From positions 1-64,000 of IMG/VR virus record IMGVR_UViG_3300028634_000502: a stretch of 64,000 nt of DNA. One strand, 5' to 3'. Both the position numbers and the translations under genes were made by a program. Shown here in pieces: positions 19,321 to 28,932 of the stretch. The stretch's first letter is position 1. Each line of letters starts with the position of its first letter. This DNA is from a virus. Taxonomy: Duplodnaviria; Caudoviricetes. The notes under the pieces were generated by a model. It was given only the letters and a program-made list of their open reading frames with translations. It searched no databases and was not told the DNA's origin.

Positions 19321-20019
19321 TTAATGAATGATGTTGTTGAGCCGCTTTTCCAGTGAATCAGCGGGTGTACCTTTTTTAGCAGGTGCTTTCTTGGGACATA
19401 CTTTATCAAGCAGTGAATTTGTGACTGCTCTACGGCTAAAGGCATAGGTGAAATCATCTTGTTTGATGTGCTTTTTCTCATCTTCCAAAATTTCATCTGC
19501 GAAGCCGAGTTCAATTGCCTTATTGGCATTCAGCCAGGTTTCTGCATCCATGAGGTGAGAAAGCTTGGCTCTTGATAAGCCTGTTTTGATTTCATAGGCA
19601 TTGATAATGCTTTCCTTTACCTCTGAAAGCATATCTATAGCTTTTTGCATTTCCTCACTGTCACCGATGGCTACGGTCAAGGGGTTATGCACCATCATGA
19701 GTGCAGTAGGTGCCATAAACACAGTTGTTCCTGCCATAGCGATTACAGAAGCAGCAGACGCTGCGATGCCATCTATCTTGATGGTCACTTTGCCTTTATA
19801 GTCCATGAGCATGGTGTAAATCTGGCTGGCTGCGATGCAATCACCACCTGGTGAGTTCATCCAAATAACAATGTCACCCTCGCCGGCAAGCAAATCTGCT
19901 TTAAAAGCCTTAGGGGTGACATCATCATCAAACCATGATTCCTCGGCAATCACGCCGTCGAGGTAGAGCGTTCGGGTATCGGATTTTTCATCCTTGCCCC
20001 AGTTCCAGAATTTCTTCAT
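19321..20019 (-). CDS. ClpP-type prohead protease
   Basis: NSPGGD, GIAASAASVIAMAG, MMVHNP, ETWL. Confidence 0.93.
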   Translation of the reverse strand: MKKFWNWGKDEKSDTRTLYLDGVIAEESWFDDDVTPKAFKADLLAGEGDIVIWMNSPGGDCIAASQIYTMLMDYKGKVTIKIDGIAASAASVIAMAGTTVFMAPTALMMVHNPLTVAIGDSEEMQKAIDMLSEVKESIINAYEIKTGLSRAKLSHLMDAETWLNANKAIELGFADEILEDEKKHIKQDDFTYAFSRRAVTNSLLDKVCPKKAPAKKGTPADSLEKRLNNIIH

Positions 20020-21281
20020 TGGGTTTCCTCTCTTTCTGTAGTATTTGCGAACGCACCAGCGTCCTGTAATTTGGTCATTGCTCCATTAATGAGATACAGA
20101 TCACCTCCAAGTTCCTCTGGAATTCGGTCAAGGTTCTCAAGTTCTCGTATGTCGTTGGCGCTCATCCAGCCATTTTGTCGCGCGGTTGCGTAGCCGCTCA
20201 TACGGCTTGCATAATCACCTCGAAGCAGACCATCTACATTAAATTTGATAAAAACAGTAGGCTTTTCACTTTCCATGAGCAGAGAGCGGCACATATTTTG
20301 TTCCCAGCGCACTACCCAAGGGTCAAGCGTGTATTTCACAAACTCCAGGGACTGCTGCTCTATGTTGGAAAAAGATGATTTCTCCAGGTCGGCAAGCATA
20401 TGAGGCGGTATTCTAAAAATACGAGCGATTTCATTGATTTGAAATTTCCGTGTTTCAAGAAACTGTGCTTGCTCGGGAGGTATACCTATTTGCTGATATT
20501 TCATGCCTTCTTCCAGCACAGCCACCCTGTGAGAGTTAGTTGAACCTTGATAGGCAGCGTTCCAACTGTCTTTTACCTTTTGTGGATCTTTAATTGTGCC
20601 AGGGTGTTCCAGTACACCGCCAGGTGCTGCTCCATTAGCGAAGAACTTCGCTCCATATTCTTCCGTAGCAATCGCCAATCCAATGGCGTTTTTAGCCATA
20701 GCAATCGGTGAATAACCCACTAATCCATCAAACCCCAAGCCGGGGATATGCAACACATCGGATGGATCTAGATAAACCAGGCTGTCATTCCCAAGAGTGG
20801 GTGCGTCCTCTACACTTCGCTGGTATAAATAAAAAAGCCGTCCGTTTTTGTCACGGTCGACCGTCATTTTGTTTGGCATAAGGGGATAGAGAGCAATAAC
20901 CTCACCACGTGCGTTCCTTATGATCTGTGCGTAAGCATTACCCCATAATAAAAGATGACTCATCAGCGTTTCTCGGAACGTGAAGGAAGTCATCTCAGGG
21001 TTTGGCTCATCGTGGAGCAGTTTATATAACGGGTGTTTTAAATATTTCTCTTTTCCACCGCTATCGTTGTATTTATATAAATGTAGCGGAAGTCCGGCTA
21101 ATGTTTCAGCCAGTATCCTCACGCATGAATAGACCGCCGTCATCTGCATTGCCGTATGCTCATTGACAGGTTTTCCGGCAGTGGTTCCTCCGAAAAAGAA
21201 ACTGTAATGACCGCCGCCCAAACTATCTTTAGGCTTATCACGAGCCTTAAATATTCCTTGTAAGATTCCCATTGACATCAC
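20016..21281 (-). CDS. HK97-family portal protein
   Basis: AVYSCVRILAETLAGLP, LLWGNAY, EIARIFRIPP. Confidence 0.95.
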   Translation of the reverse strand: MMSMGILQGIFKARDKPKDSLGGGHYSFFFGGTTAGKPVNEHTAMQMTAVYSCVRILAETLAGLPLHLYKYNDSGGKEKYLKHPLYKLLHDEPNPEMTSFTFRETLMSHLLLWGNAYAQIIRNARGEVIALYPLMPNKMTVDRDKNGRLFYLYQRSVEDAPTLGNDSLVYLDPSDVLHIPGLGFDGLVGYSPIAMAKNAIGLAIATEEYGAKFFANGAAPGGVLEHPGTIKDPQKVKDSWNAAYQGSTNSHRVAVLEEGMKYQQIGIPPEQAQFLETRKFQINEIARIFRIPPHMLADLEKSSFSNIEQQSLEFVKYTLDPWVVRWEQNMCRSLLMESEKPTVFIKFNVDGLLRGDYASRMSGYATARQNGWMSANDIRELENLDRIPEELGGDLYLINGAMTKLQDAGAFANTTEREETQ

Positions 21282-21290
21282 TCTCCTTTA

Positions 21291-22892
21291 TTAAAAAATA
21301 AGCAAACCACGTTCATCATAAACAGAAGAACCTGTATCTCCGCCACAACGAATAGCACGGTCGAGTGCCATAATGGTAGCGACTGCACCGTCTATTTTCT
21401 CAGTCGATTTTTCCTTATCGGCCTTGATATTTCCGGCAGGGTCGGTTCTGATAAATATGTTATCCATCATCCACCGAAGGACCGGATGTCCGCCATGAGC
21501 GATTTTCTGTTCCAATGTCAGTTTCATGAGTTCTTTGGTCGGTGGAGACATATCTTTAAAGCCTTGACCGAACGGAACAACCGTAAAGCCGAGGTTTTCA
21601 AGATTCTGCGTCATTTGCACTGCACCCCAGCGGTCAAAGGCAATCTCGCGGATGTTATATTTTGATCCAAGTTCTTCAATGAAGGTTTCAATGAATCCGT
21701 AATGTACTACATTGCCTTCTGTAGTTTTAAGAAATCCTTGCTTCTTCCATATATCGTAATTAACATGATCCCGCCGGACGCGCAAATCAATATTGTCCTC
21801 CGGTATCCAGAAGAATGGAAGAACAACATATTTATCATCTTCATCCAATGGAGGAAAGACCAAAACAAAAGCTGTGATATCTGTACTGCTAGAGAGGTCA
21901 AGTCCTCCGTAGCAGATTCGTCCTCGAAGTGATTCGGGATCAACAGCGAATGCACAGGCATCCCATTTTTCCATAGGCATCCAGCGTACTGCCTGTTTGA
22001 CCCACTGGTTAAGTCGAAGCTGCCTAAAACTGTTCTCTTCAGCAGGATTCTGTCTTGCTGATTCAAAGGCTGCCTTTACTTTATCCATACTTACTGTAAT
22101 GCCCAGCGATGGATTTGCTTTCTTCCACACCTTTGGGTCAGTCCAGTCATCCTCTATAGCAGCACCGTATATAACTGGATAGAAAGTGGGGTCTTTCTTT
22201 CTGCCATTTATGATATCCAGGGCCTTCTGGTGTACTTCCCAACAGATGCTGTTCTGATTGTCACCTGCAGTGGTTATAAGAAAATACAGCGGCTGCGTCC
22301 TGGCATCACCGCTGCCTTTGGTCATAACATCAAAGAGTTTTCTATTCGGTTGAGTATGAAGTTCGTCAAATACCACACCATGGGTGTTGAAACCATGTTT
22401 GTTGCTAACGTCGGCTGACAGCACTTGATAAATACTGCCTGTTGGTTGATAAATGAGCCGTTTCGTGGAATCGAGGATTTTCACTCGTTTTGCTAAAGCC
22501 GGACTCATCCTCACCATATCTGCTGCAACATTAAAAACGATGGATGCCTGGTTGCGGTCGGCGGCACAACCATAAACCTCGGCACGTTCCTCGTTATCTC
22601 CGCATGTGAGCAACAGGGCAACTGCCGCCGCAAGCTCACTTTTTCCCATCTTTTTAGGTATTTCTACATAAGCAGTATTGAACTGCCGATAGCCGTTCGG
22701 CTTTAAAATTCCAAATACATCACGGATAATCCGCTCTTGCCAGTCTATTAGTTCAAAAGGCTTACCCGCCCATGTCCCTTTGGTATGAGAGAGAGCCTCG
22801 ATAAAGGCTACGGCATAATCAGCGGTGGACTTATCGTAGACAGAATCAGCAGCCTTAAACAGTGTTGGTGTGTATTTCTTGAGTTTTCGTAT
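21291..22892 (-). CDS. Terminase large subunit (probable ATA start at 22892)
   Basis: IPKKMGKS Walker A, FDELH, GGLDLS, KIDG; AAGGAGG 8 nt before in-frame ATA. Confidence 0.92.
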   Translation of the reverse strand: MRKLKKYTPTLFKAADSVYDKSTADYAVAFIEALSHTKGTWAGKPFELIDWQERIIRDVFGILKPNGYRQFNTAYVEIPKKMGKSELAAAVALLLTCGDNEERAEVYGCAADRNQASIVFNVAADMVRMSPALAKRVKILDSTKRLIYQPTGSIYQVLSADVSNKHGFNTHGVVFDELHTQPNRKLFDVMTKGSGDARTQPLYFLITTAGDNQNSICWEVHQKALDIINGRKKDPTFYPVIYGAAIEDDWTDPKVWKKANPSLGITVSMDKVKAAFESARQNPAEENSFRQLRLNQWVKQAVRWMPMEKWDACAFAVDPESLRGRICYGGLDLSSSTDITAFVLVFPPLDEDDKYVVLPFFWIPEDNIDLRVRRDHVNYDIWKKQGFLKTTEGNVVHYGFIETFIEELGSKYNIREIAFDRWGAVQMTQNLENLGFTVVPFGQGFKDMSPPTKELMKLTLEQKIAHGGHPVLRWMMDNIFIRTDPAGNIKADKEKSTEKIDGAVATIMALDRAIRCGGDTGSSVYDERGLLIF

Positions 22893-23005
22893 ATCCGCCG
22901 CCTCCTTTTGCACATAAAAATAGACCTGCATCACGCAAGCCTTCAAATCTATCTGTACGAGAAACAGAGCCATTTTTGGCACTGTTCCTAATTGGTTTAA
23001 GCTAT

Positions 23006-23185
23006 TTAATTCTCTTCGCCAGTCAAAATGAATCGGGAATAGGCGCCAGTATTATCCGAAAGGTAAACAAGTAGTTCATTAAACCCTTCTCGCAGAGCAA
23101 TTTCCTGCACCTTCCTCACATCAAACATATTAGTTTCACCTGTATCACGTATGGCGAGTATCTGTTCCTTTATCTTCTTATCCAT
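23006..23185 (-). CDS. DUF5049-like small protein (59 aa, absent from ORF track)
   Basis: MDKKIKEQILAIRDTGETNMFD..FILTG read from sequence; RBS AGGAGG. Confidence 0.75.
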   Translation of the reverse strand: MDKKIKEQILAIRDTGETNMFDVRKVQEIALREGFNELLVYLSDNTGAYSRFILTGEEN

Positions 23186-23627
23186 TTTCGACCTCCTTTG
23201 AATTCTCTACTGACTGTTTTAGAATGCCGATATCAAAATCTGCGCTCTTGTAACCCTCTAAGATAACGCTGTAGTAATAGCAACTCGGAGTGCCAAGTGG
23301 TCTGCCATCGTTCATGATGTACACCATAGTTTCTACGTTTCTTTTTCCAAGTTTCACTTTGACTATTTCTTTTCGGTATAGGAACGGGAAACCCTCGTAG
23401 CGGTCAAGTGCCGCTTCATCAGTGGGGGTAATCTCCCACAGTAGGCATGGCACTGTCTTGCCCTTTAAAGGCTCCACGGTTGCCACAGAGCCGCCGTGTC
23501 CGCCTCGAAACAATAACTGGTAGTCCTTTAAAACAACCGGCCCAACCGGCTTAGCTGTGGGGCAACGGTGTGCCATTTGCTCAAGATTAAGATTTGAGCC
23601 ATAGGCGAGATAGAATGTTTTATTCAT
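23178..23627 (-). CDS. Gamma-glutamylcyclotransferase family protein
   Basis: YLAYGSNL..LDRYEGFP..Y. Confidence 0.9.
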   Translation of the reverse strand: MNKTFYLAYGSNLNLEQMAHRCPTAKPVGPVVLKDYQLLFRGGHGGSVATVEPLKGKTVPCLLWEITPTDEAALDRYEGFPFLYRKEIVKVKLGKRNVETMVYIMNDGRPLGTPSCYYYSVILEGYKSADFDIGILKQSVENSKEVENG

Positions 23628-23662
23628 TGTCTTTGTCCTCCTTATTTTTGCAAGGCAACCGC

Positions 23663-24562
23663 TCAGGCTGCCCGAAATCGCCAAGCTGCCGAGCCGTCCA
23701 AGTGGGTGGTTAAATGTTCACGGCAGTTTGCGAATTCCTCGCCGATAAAACCGATGCGGTTGAGGTAGGTTCGCATTGCAAACTTTTCATTCTCGGCCTG
23801 CGGTTTCTTTGCAGAGGCACACTTTTGTGTCAGTGCTTGGTTGTTCAGTGCAAGGGCGAGAACAATGTAGCTTCTAATCTTGCCTGCATGAAGTTCGCTG
23901 TTAAATCCTCTGAGTTCGACCGTGTGGTTTCCGTTGAAAAAGCTATGCAGGTTAAGAAAATGGTATCGGCTTGAATGGTAATGTCGATTGGTACTTTCGC
24001 TATAACCCTCATACCAAAGGCTCTCAATCTGTGCCAGCGTTTTTGGTTTCTTGCGGTTGATTTTTTCCACCAGAATCTCATCCATCTTTTTGCAATATCC
24101 TATTCGTGAAGGTTCTATCTGCAATGCCTTGTAGAAAAGGTCGTTCTTGCTTGCGATGATGTTTACAAAGTTTCGAATGCTCCTTGCTGTGTGGTCTGCT
24201 CCGTCCAAGTGGATGTGTATTCCGCAGGAGTTGTTGGTGAAAGCTCCTGCCTTGCGTAGCCTGCGTACCAATTCCTGCAGTGTTTCAATGTCTCCCTGGT
24301 AGGTTAGGATGGGGCTTACCAGCTCTACGCTGTATTCTCTTGTTGCTGCAACTTTCTGCCGTCCTTGTTTCTTCTGGCAAGAAATGCTTCCGTCGCTCAT
24401 AATTTTCCAAACCCGCCCGTCAGCAGTAGTAATCTTCTTGGTATCGTAATAGTCGCCTGTGTCAGTGACCGTTCCGTTTAGGTATTCGGCGGCAACCTTG
24501 GTGGCTTCGTTTCTTGTTATTCCTGTGAACTCAATTTCAATTCCAAAATTCTTATTTAGCAT
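23663..24562 (-). CDS. Amidoligase (COOH-NH2 ligase type 2)
   Basis: FGIEIE, ELVSPIL, SCGIHIH, TVELR. Confidence 0.9.
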   Translation of the reverse strand: MLNKNFGIEIEFTGITRNEATKVAAEYLNGTVTDTGDYYDTKKITTADGRVWKIMSDGSISCQKKQGRQKVAATREYSVELVSPILTYQGDIETLQELVRRLRKAGAFTNNSCGIHIHLDGADHTARSIRNFVNIIASKNDLFYKALQIEPSRIGYCKKMDEILVEKINRKKPKTLAQIESLWYEGYSESTNRHYHSSRYHFLNLHSFFNGNHTVELRGFNSELHAGKIRSYIVLALALNNQALTQKCASAKKPQAENEKFAMRTYLNRIGFIGEEFANCREHLTTHLDGSAAWRFRAA

Positions 24563-24605
24563 TGATTCTTGCTCCTTTTAAAGTGTATTTGTCCTTTCGG
24601 CATAT

Positions 24606-24638
24606 ACATATATCACTCTAAAAGGCTTATATATCAAG
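24606..24638 (-). promoter_or_regulatory. Motif B copy upstream of amidoligase
   Basis: CTTGATA-N12-AGAGTGATATATGT. Confidence 0.6.
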
Positions 24639-24709
24639 ACAATTATTCGATAAATACAGTCATTTTTTACACAATCTTACTCCGCTTTTTCAAGCGAAAA
24701 GTGTGCATA

Positions 24710-24937
24710 TTAATCTTCGATTCTCCTGCACAAATCCTCTCCGTAAACCACATTTAAAGAAGAACCATTCTCCCAGCGAACCATAATACTACCTGTGTCA
24801 TCTACTCCAGTGACAATTCCTTTCGTTCCTATAGGAGGTGCTTGAAAATCGTCCATACGAACAAGTTCTACTCGGCAGCCCGCTGGGTATTGCTTGCGGA
24901 TGCGTTCAACAGTTTCTCTTGAAGGAAAGTTATTCAT
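24710..24937 (-). CDS. DUF4314 protein
   Basis: YPAGCRVELVRMDD..GVDDTG..WENGSSL. Confidence 0.85.
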   Translation of the reverse strand: MNNFPSRETVERIRKQYPAGCRVELVRMDDFQAPPIGTKGIVTGVDDTGSIMVRWENGSSLNVVYGEDLCRRIED

Positions 24938-25733
24938 CAGTCATTACCTCCTCAGCTTTAGCCGGAGCACCATTTTTAAAGGCACTGTTTCCAGATAAGT
25001 TCTTTAGCAGGATTTTGCGTTCCGCTTTGTATTCGGAGCCTACGAAACCAAGTCGGACGAGAAAACAGCGAAAAGCGTACTTCTCATTTTCTACTTGCTT
25101 TTCGGTAGCGTTGACTCTCTGCTGCGTTTTTGCCATCTCAAAGAGTGCAGTCATAAAATGGGTGTAAGCTTTCACCTCATCCGAAGTAAGCTCTCCTTGA
25201 AACCAAGGAAAACTGATAGTTTCTTCGTTTGTTATTATAGGGATGCAATCAGCAGCTAAAGCCTTTTTTATTAAGGACGCTTTGCTTTCTACTAAACGCT
25301 TGAGGTTTTCAAGAGCCATATCTGTGAAAGACGACCTTGGCAAATCAATGGTCAACCGGTTAGTTTCGACCTCGTCACTTTGCTCAGGTTCTACATATAC
25401 GGGTAGCTCCTCATAATCGCAGTAAGGGCTGACCCTTCCGCCAAGAGCTGCTTCGTAAGGAATTTGGATATCCTCCGGCACTGGTTCTGGTTCTGGAAGT
25501 GGAGTGTCATATTCTTCTGTAATTGCTTTGAAGTCATGCAATCCTTTAAGGTCAGCAACCAAGTTGGGATTGTCCTCACCCTCGAGCATTCCATTCTTAT
25601 CGATGTGGTAGCCTCCTACTTCGTAAGCAAATGTAGGTGCACCAAGGTATATCGTCGGAGCATTTAGTTCCAGGCTGATAGCTCCTACCAGCGATTTTCG
25701 TTTTGGACCTGTAATGTTATAATTTATCTTCAT
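24930..25733 (-). CDS. Prophage 'virulence-related' protein
   Basis: YLGAPTFAYEV; NEKYAFRCFLVRLGF. Confidence 0.8.
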   Translation of the reverse strand: MKINYNITGPKRKSLVGAISLELNAPTIYLGAPTFAYEVGGYHIDKNGMLEGEDNPNLVADLKGLHDFKAITEEYDTPLPEPEPVPEDIQIPYEAALGGRVSPYCDYEELPVYVEPEQSDEVETNRLTIDLPRSSFTDMALENLKRLVESKASLIKKALAADCIPIITNEETISFPWFQGELTSDEVKAYTHFMTALFEMAKTQQRVNATEKQVENEKYAFRCFLVRLGFVGSEYKAERKILLKNLSGNSAFKNGAPAKAEEVMTDE

Positions 25734-25763
25734 TTTTCATACCGCCTTTCATTTTTCGGTACT

Positions 25764-25796
25764 ACATATATCACTCTGAACGCTGTAAATAGCAAG
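25764..25796 (-). promoter_or_regulatory. Motif B copy upstream of virulence-related gene
   Basis: CTTGCTA-N12-AGAGTGATATATGT. Confidence 0.6.
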
Positions 25797-25832
25797 TAAT
25801 TTCGAGCATTTTATGTAGAGAATAATGTTCTT

Positions 25833-27698
25833 TTATTCGGCGGTATCTTGTATGGAAAACACAATGCCCGACAAAACAAAATTTACACACGGAAGTGCCA
25901 CTCCATTGCCCCACATCTTATATTCCGCAGAATCAGAATATGGGTCTTTAAGCCACTTAGATATCTGCTTTAAGGTTTTTGGCTTAGTTGAACTTCCCGT
26001 AACCTTACGGTGAGTTTCAAATATGTTATACCAAGTGCGTAAGTCATCCATTGTTGGATTTTCTGTTGCAAGATCACTACACCACCAGTCTGGGAAACCT
26101 TGAAGCCTTGCACATTCGGTCGGAGTTAATCTTCTGACCGTGTATAGAGTGCCGTCTGTATCATTAATAAGCGGAGGGTCTTTGTAGTCAGTAGCAACCA
26201 GCGTATTTGCTAGTTCTTCTTCAGCGGCAGTAAAAAATGATGCCTTGCTTGAAGAGTAGGTAGGAGTTGCCACAGCACTTGGCCCCTGTGCATTTAGTGT
26301 CGATGATATTCCGTCTTCTGTAATCCCAAGATTTCTGGCATAATTTTGACCACAGTTGAAAGATTCTCTATCAATAGCGAAAACAACAGCGTGCTTATCT
26401 ACAGTATTTAATGTAAAACTTATATTTTCATTAACCCCATCACCCTGTGGGCCGTTCTTATCTTTTCTTCCAATCATGGAGCCTTGCAGAGCATAACTTT
26501 CTACAATAGCAATACCACCTTGATTGCAGGAAGGATTTCCTCCATTTCCATCAATGGTTCGTGAAGTATCGGCCTCATACACTCCACTGTTGGGATTAGA
26601 TGATTTCATGGCATTGCTGTCTTTAGAGCAGATACCATAAGCTTTTGGGACAAACAACGTCTGGTCATTATTGCAGGATAGTGTTGCCGATTTATTATTC
26701 TGGATAAGAGCACCTTTGCCACCACCCTCACAGCCACATCGGATTTTAAGAGTTTTAGGTGTATCACCAACCACAAAAGGCTGATTATTACCGCCTGTTC
26801 CATAAGTGGCTGATATTGTTGGTGCAACATCAATCGGCCCCGTAAAGCGAGTATCTCTTCCGTGATTATCAAATACCGCCGCATCCATAACACAAGGTGG
26901 GTGATGGGCCTCAGCTCGGAGAGTGCAAGTGACATCTTCCGTGATATCCATCCGATTACCACCTTGGTCATTTAAGATCACACTGCTTGTGCCTGTTTCT
27001 CTAATGCCGTTTTCAAAACAACCGGCAGTTCCTTGCCACGTGCGGAAGCTCTCCTTAGAATACCCAGACAAGCCTTCTGACTTAAATAGTACTTCTCCGG
27101 CACTCCCACCTGCAAAATCTGCGACAAGGAAGATGCGTTTTCTTCGTTGGGGAACTCCCCAGTATTGAGCGTCAAGTACTCGCCAGGCAATGGAGAAATC
27201 ATCTCCCATGACATTTCCTGCTTGCCTCCATTTATCAGCTTTAGGAACTGATAAGGTTTCATCTTTGATGTGACAGATGCTTTCAAGGACACATCTGAAG
27301 TCCTCTCCTTTGTTTGAGGAGAAAGCACCCGGCACGTTTTCCCAGACGATGTATCTTGGATATTTACCATCTGTTGCACACCTCATTTCTTTTACAATTC
27401 GAATGGCATCATAAAAAAGACTTGAACGCTCTCCGTCCAAGCCATCACGCTTACCCGCCACAGACATATCCTGACAAGGTGAGCCAAATGTAATTATATC
27501 AACCGGTTCTATCTTACTGCCATCAAGGCAAGAGACATCGCCGTAGTGTTTCATAAAAGGCAACCTTTTTGTTGTAACCCTTAAAAGAAACGGCTCAATT
27601 TCGGATGCCCATAACGGCTCGATGCCACAGAGCAAGCCGCCCAAGGGAAAGCCGCCACTGCCGTCAAAAAGCGAGCCGAGGGTCAGTTTATGTTTCAT
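25833..27698 (-). CDS. Phage C5 cytosine DNA methyltransferase with long variable region
   Basis: LFDGSGG, GSPCQD, ENV, QRRKR, RRLTPTECARLQGFPD, GNGV. Confidence 0.93.
   Translation of the reverse strand: MKHKLTLGSLFDGSGGFPLGGLLCGIEPLWASEIEPFLLRVTTKRLPFMKHYGDVSCLDGSKIEPVDIITFGSPCQDMSVAGKRDGLDGERSSLFYDAIRIVKEMRCATDGKYPRYIVWENVPGAFSSNKGEDFRCVLESICHIKDETLSVPKADKWRQAGNVMGDDFSIAWRVLDAQYWGVPQRRKRIFLVADFAGGSAGEVLFKSEGLSGYSKESFRTWQGTAGCFENGIRETGTSSVILNDQGGNRMDITEDVTCTLRAEAHHPPCVMDAAVFDNHGRDTRFTGPIDVAPTISATYGTGGNNQPFVVGDTPKTLKIRCGCEGGGKGALIQNNKSATLSCNNDQTLFVPKAYGICSKDSNAMKSSNPNSGVYEADTSRTIDGNGGNPSCNQGGIAIVESYALQGSMIGRKDKNGPQGDGVNENISFTLNTVDKHAVVFAIDRESFNCGQNYARNLGITEDGISSTLNAQGPSAVATPTYSSSKASFFTAAEEELANTLVATDYKDPPLINDTDGTLYTVRRLTPTECARLQGFPDWWCSDLATENPTMDDLRTWYNIFETHRKVTGSSTKPKTLKQISKWLKDPYSDSAEYKMWGNGVALPCVNFVLSGIVFSIQDTAE
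26978..27370 (-). CDS. Overprinted alternative-frame ORF resembling the M.EcoHK31I beta polypeptide
   Basis: SSLSQILQ..VPEKYYLSQKACLGILRRASARGKELP; GAGGTG 8 nt before ATG 27370. Confidence 0.7.
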   Translation of the reverse strand: MVNIQDTSSGKTCRVLSPQTKERTSDVSLKASVTSKMKPYQFLKLINGGKQEMSWEMISPLPGEYLTLNTGEFPNEENASSLSQILQVGVPEKYYLSQKACLGILRRASARGKELPVVLKTALEKQAQAV

Positions 27699-28932
27699 CA
27701 GCACCCACCTCCGGCAGATCACTATATCTGATTTCCGATCCATCTCTCAAAAGAAATACACCATCAGCACTTCCGACTTGCTCAATATATCTCTTTACTA
27801 TGACATCACAATACTTTTCATCTAGTTCGATGGTATAGCATATCCTGTCCGTTTGCTCACAGGCGATAAGAATAGAACCACTTCCGCCGAATGGATCGAG
27901 TACAATACAATTAGACAAACTGCTATTCAGAATCGGATGGGCTACCAATGCTACCGGTTTCATAGTAGGATGGTCAGCATTTTTCTTTGGCTTTTCAAAT
28001 TCCCATATAGTGGTCTGCTTTCTATCGGCATACCAGTTGTGCTTACCGGATTTCTTCCAACCGAAAAGAACCGGCTCATGCTGCCATTGATAAGGGGAGC
28101 GGCCAAGAACAAGTGACTGCTTTTTCCAAATGCAAGTACCGGAGAGATAGAAACCAGACTCTGCGAAAGCCTTTCTGAAATTTAAACCTTCAGTATCTGC
28201 ATGAAATACATAAATAGAAGCATCCTTCGCCATTGCCGCTTCGGTATTCTTAAACGCCTCAAGCAAAAAATTGTAGAATGCTTCATTTCCCATATTGTCG
28301 TTCTTAATTTTACCCGCCGAACCTTCATAGTTGACGTTGTACGGAGGGTCGGTAACAACAAGATTTGCGAGTTTCCCGTCCATCAATAGAATGAAAGTGT
28401 CAGCCTTGGTGGAATCACCACAAATGAGTCTATGCTGTCCGAGTTTCCAAACATCGCCTTGTTTAGTGATTGCAGGCTTTTGCAGTTCAGCATCCACATC
28501 AAAGTCATCATCATGAATACCATCCTTGAGCGAGTCCTTAAATAGTGCATCCAGTTCAGCAGGTTCAAATCCCGTGAGGGATACATCAAAGTCCGCTCCT
28601 TGCAGGTCAGCAATCAAAAGCATCAACTTGTCTTTATCCCAGTCACCGCTTATTTTATTGAGAGTGATATTGAGTGCCTTTTCTTTTTCCTCACTCATTT
28701 CAATAACCACACACTCAACTTCAGTGATGCCCATATCAAGTAGAACCTTCAAACGCTGATGTCCGCCAACAACATGAGATGTGGTTTTATTCCATATAAC
28801 GGGTTCAACATAACCGAATTGTTCGATGGAGCGTTTCAGCTTTTCATATTCAGGGTCACCGGGTTTTAAGTCTTTACGAGGATTATAGTCGGCTGGAATC
28901 AATAGCTCAGTTTTCAGTTTTTCTATCTGCAT
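27688..28932 (-). CDS. ParB-like domain fused to N4/N6 DNA methyltransferase
   Basis: ADYNPR..GGHQR; TDPPYN; HPTMKP; LDPFGGSG. Confidence 0.92.
   Translation of the reverse strand: MQIEKLKTELLIPADYNPRKDLKPGDPEYEKLKRSIEQFGYVEPVIWNKTTSHVVGGHQRLKVLLDMGITEVECVVIEMSEEKEKALNITLNKISGDWDKDKLMLLIADLQGADFDVSLTGFEPAELDALFKDSLKDGIHDDDFDVDAELQKPAITKQGDVWKLGQHRLICGDSTKADTFILLMDGKLANLVVTDPPYNVNYEGSAGKIKNDNMGNEAFYNFLLEAFKNTEAAMAKDASIYVFHADTEGLNFRKAFAESGFYLSGTCIWKKQSLVLGRSPYQWQHEPVLFGWKKSGKHNWYADRKQTTIWEFEKPKKNADHPTMKPVALVAHPILNSSLSNCIVLDPFGGSGSILIACEQTDRICYTIELDEKYCDVIVKRYIEQVGSADGVFLLRDGSEIRYSDLPEVGADET

Noticed and set aside
17388-19529. Same-strand alternative-frame ORFs 17388..17609, 17757..17948, 19302..19529
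   Set aside because: No RBS or recognisable motif, unlike the MTase inner ORF
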